A stretch of 54,490 nt of DNA, filler included, from Sluysia triapertura (taxonomy: Eukaryota), in NCBI GenBank assembly GCA_046118255.1. It is 3 parts of 3 records of this genome, joined end to end, with 100 filler letters (N's around TTAATTAATTAA, not from the genome) between each part and the next. Parts side by side here need not be neighbours in the genome. Positions count along the whole stretch, not along the records: positions 38,412 to 54,490 come from JBJNIA010211032.1; 2 more parts are not named here. One strand, 5' to 3'. Below the pieces are notes generated by a model. It searched no databases and was not told the DNA's origin. It was given only the letters and a program-made list of their open reading frames with translations. Below are positions 50,701 through 54,490 of this stretch, in pieces (the first letter of the stretch is position 1; the number at the start of each line of letters is the position of its first letter). A program made the translations under genes and the position numbers.

Positions 50701-53700
50701 TGAGTTAAAAAATGAATCTCGTAGTATTTGTGGTTTAGACATTAACTTGATTACTTTAAAATAATTTTTAACACTTTATATAAATTACTTAATAAAAATA
50801 GTAACATAAAATTATTATAGAGTTAAACTTTTACTTTGTTTCATTTTGATTATTTATTAAATCTTGTAAAGGTTGTGGACACGAGTAGTTAACTTAAAAA
50901 TTTCTGAACATTGTCATACGTGCGCATCTTTAGAACAATCGTTTTTTTCAAATAAGATTTGTGATTAATTGGAACAATTAGTGATTTTGTTATTTTAAAA
51001 TTCAATAACTCATATATCAAGTCGAACTTCTTAACGTATCAACAGAAAGTTTTTTTTAATTTTATCCAAAACCACTAAATCATATGACACATTTATGGAA
51101 ATCCGAAAATGGAGAATTTAATTTTACAATAGAATAAATTTATGAATTAAGAAAGCTTACTATAATTTAAAATAGTCCTTGAAAGTAATCATTATCTAAT
51201 TTATTATATTACACAAATTATTAGATTGACATAAAATAACTAATCATTTGCGTATTTAATTTCAATTAAGAATTTTTAAATTTAATTGTTTGTTAAAATT
51301 CAATAAAAAATTAATATTTTAAAAATACTTTTGTAATTATATATATATAATTTTGATAGTTATATTATTAATAATATCGGAATTAAACTGCAAATTAAAA
51401 TTTAATTTTTATTAAGGAAATTAACGTGACATAATAAAACACTAATTAATAATATAATTAATTAATTAAATTAACAAATTAATTTATTTCTAATTAATAA
51501 TTAATATATAATTCTAATTCTAAATCAAAATACTCCTATTATTAACAGATTACGGGCCGATGTCAACTTCAATATATAAAATATCAGACACTGCTGAATC
51601 ACTAATGGACTTTCTTGATGTAATTCAATATTGAATGATAAATCTAAAAATACAATATGTTACTATAAATTGAAACAGTTGTATTAATATAGTTATGTAA
51701 TGGAAAGAGAAAATAAAAAAGATTTATTGAAATATGTGATTTTTTTTGTTTAAATTGATTAAGTCTACTTTTATCATAACTAAAATGCTTATTCACAATT
51801 TATATCAATTATAATGAAAAAATAACCTGTAAAGATACATTTTTCCATTTTCCAACTGCTTTTGTCTTTCTTAACACATTCTTTGCGGGAACCTTTAGCA
51901 AACGGATGTTTGAGAATCTCTGAATCATCAAATTAAGCGGTATGACTGAAGTTCAGATAATTTGCAGACAATTAATAAAATACGTTAAAGTTGTAAGGAA
52001 GATATACTAAGACAATTCCCTGTGTACACGGTCCACAAATTTTGTGATGTACCATTACATTAAGGAAAATGTTTTACTCAATATTATAATTTGAAACATT
52101 AGTGATTATTGTTTATGTATTTTACAAATTATAAAAATAGTTTAAATATGTAAATAAAGAAGTTTTAAATATTTAAATAAATATTTAAAGAAGTTTTAAA
52201 TATTTATTAAAATTGTTGTTAAATACTTTTTTTATTGTGAAATTAAATTCGTTTCATAAAATTTTAAATTTATAATCAATTTTATATCGAATATTATAAA
52301 TAAGGCGTTGTAATACGTACGAGGCATATTAAATTGACATTAATAAGTAATAAATCATGTTTTCCGATCAATTATCTTAATTTATAATCACATCGCATTT
52401 ATAGAATATTAATTTCAATGAGTCTCTCACATTTAAATAATAGTGTGATACAGTATCGTTATTAATCTTCTTTTTGATTACTATAAATGTAATATTTATA
52501 TATTATGGCAAACAGTGGTATTTTTAAATATTCAAATAAATCACAGTAACCAATTATATACTTCCTGCTATGAAATAAAAACTATTAGATTTCAAAATAA
52601 TTTAAGTTTAGTTTTTCAAAAACATATTATTGCATAATTTCACTTCGACTTACTCATTTCCAAATTCTATATAAATCTGAATTGTTTTGATTAATAATAA
52701 AGTGCTGATAAATTCATTGGATATTGTATAATTTTAAATTTATTTAAATAATCACATATTTATTAAATAGCAAGAAGAAATGTACCAAAAACAATAATAA
52801 ACATTGTATCGCAATTAAAAATAAGTAAATGAAACACCCTATTAGTAAAAATTCGGAGTAAAGGCCAAGTTTTGGATACTAAATCATAATATACCGTTAC
52901 GTTTAAAAGACAAGAAATTTGAAATAAAGCGAAATGGCTTTCCCATTTATACCAACATGACTGAAGTATTGAATTTTGTGCTAGTTTTAATAAATCTCCG
53001 TATGGTTCATTTAAGATACTTTTATAGAATTGACGCTATTATTTGATTCATTTCAATTGATGGATCCATCTGAAATTTTCCGCAGATTTTTATCACTTTT
53101 AGAACTTTTCGTTAAAAATTGAGAACCAGAAGAAATATTTGAAAAACGACTTCAAAGTGAGAGTGATAAAATGATACGATTATATCGACCAGTTCTGACA
53201 ATGCAAGCTGCTGTTGATTTTTTAAAGTCTAATTTTGGATCGTTCCGTGAATTAGATTTGAACAGAGCAAGGTGATTTATGATGATTAACCTGAAAGAAT
53301 TCGTGTCACATCGACTCAGTTTGAGGCATATTCTATCATAAATGATCTTAACGTGTCATACCTAAACCACGTAGATGCTGCTACCGTACTCCAACAACAA
53401 ATTCAATTACCAACCTCTCTGATTTTTCAAATCCTACAAAAATATATCTTAACTAGACATCTTATTATTTATCAACTTTGTATTATTTTTAATTTAATTT
53501 TTTCAAACTCATGCAATTTTCAATGTTTAGATACAAAATTTAAAGGACTGTTTTTTTGAAATGCTGCATATTTGGAAGTAAAGTACGCATTTGTAATGTA
53601 TCAGTAATATGCAGTAAATAAGGCTGTTATATTTCCGAAAATTATTTGCTCAATTAAATTTACGCTAAACATCGAGATTCACTATTAATTATACATTAAT

Positions 53701-54185
53701 AAACACAAAACAAGAGGAGAAAACAGTTCCCATTTTCTAGTATTTTATGCCAAAATTACAATAAATGGTTAATTATATCGAACAATTCTAAGATAGTACC
53801 TTTTTAAATTAAATTTTTAATTTAAAAATTTAATTAAATCTTTTAAATTTCAAATTTCCTATTATGAATGAACCTAATTCTAAACTTATCAATCTATTTC
53901 CTTTTAATTACATTAACAAGGTTCTATCCAATATATAAAGTTGCCTGTTTTTTGATTGTTTTATTCACTCAGCAAGTTATCTTGTGGATAACATTTAACC
54001 TATCCTAACTTATTATTTCTTTATATTTCTTATTACTTTCTTTTTCTTTTTTCTTTATTTTCTACTAATCTTAGTTACTTATCTTGTAGGTTTCTATAAT
54101 TTTTCATTACACATAAACTTGATATTTACTTATGCACATACACATATTCATTCATTTACATAACTTTATATATTTTTTATTTTAG

Positions 54186-54326
54186 GCTGTGCAAGAAAAG
54201 ATTATTAAACTAAACCATACTCAAGAAAACTACGAACAAATGGAAATATTGAAGGATGTGGAGAAATCTTGTCGAAATGCTGGAGAAGCAGACATACTAC
54301 TAAGAAACTTGCCAAATGTTCCCTAG
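54186..54326 (+). CDS. Possible terminal exon of an unknown gene
   Basis: Pyrimidine-rich acceptor TTTTAG followed by AVQEKIIKLNHTQENYEQMEILKDVEKSCRNAGEADILLRNLPNVP and TAG. No domain recognised. Confidence 0.3.
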   Translation, partial: AVQEKIIKLNHTQENYEQMEILKDVEKSCRNAGEADILLRNLPNVP

Positions 54327-54490
54327 GTATGAAACTAGAGCATTTGTGGGCAATTTCATAATGCTGGGTTCTTTTTTATCCTAAAAGCTTACCTAGCAAA
54401 ATATAACTAATATTTAATAGTTATGAGTCCGTTTACAGTATACGACTTATCTGTGGCGTACCTGTAAAATCACTTAAAGTAATTATTAAA

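Overview
Very AT-rich animal (invertebrate-type) nuclear DNA with short GT-AG introns (36-53 nt) and (AAT)n microsatellites. It consists of three segments separated by two artificial 100-bp linkers (44 N + TTAATTAATTAA + 44 N at 22503-22602 and 38312-38411), so adjacency across the linkers is not established. Segment 1 (1-22502) holds a RasGEF-domain exon (-), a C2H2 zinc-finger gene (+), a decayed intronless ORF tract with CCCH fingers (-), integrase, rosa-type mariner and Gypsy relics, a piggyBac-type MITE and the 5' part of an apparently intact piggyBac. Segment 2 (22603-38311) holds two glycogen phosphorylase exons, a decayed hAT transposon, a complete WBP2-like gene and the 5' part of PINCH/LIMS. 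Segment 3 (38412-54490) has no recognisable host gene; it holds long decayed intronless ORFs, dispersed repeats with a palindromic core and Gypsy relics, one with a possible env-like ORF. The best candidate for something undescribed is a pair of decayed intronless ORF tracts (about 6.8-8.4 kb and 42.8-43.9 kb) that share a non-canonical C-x9-C-x6-C-x3-H finger, which suggests a dispersed element or gene family. All calls come from manual translation and motif recognition; no searches were run.
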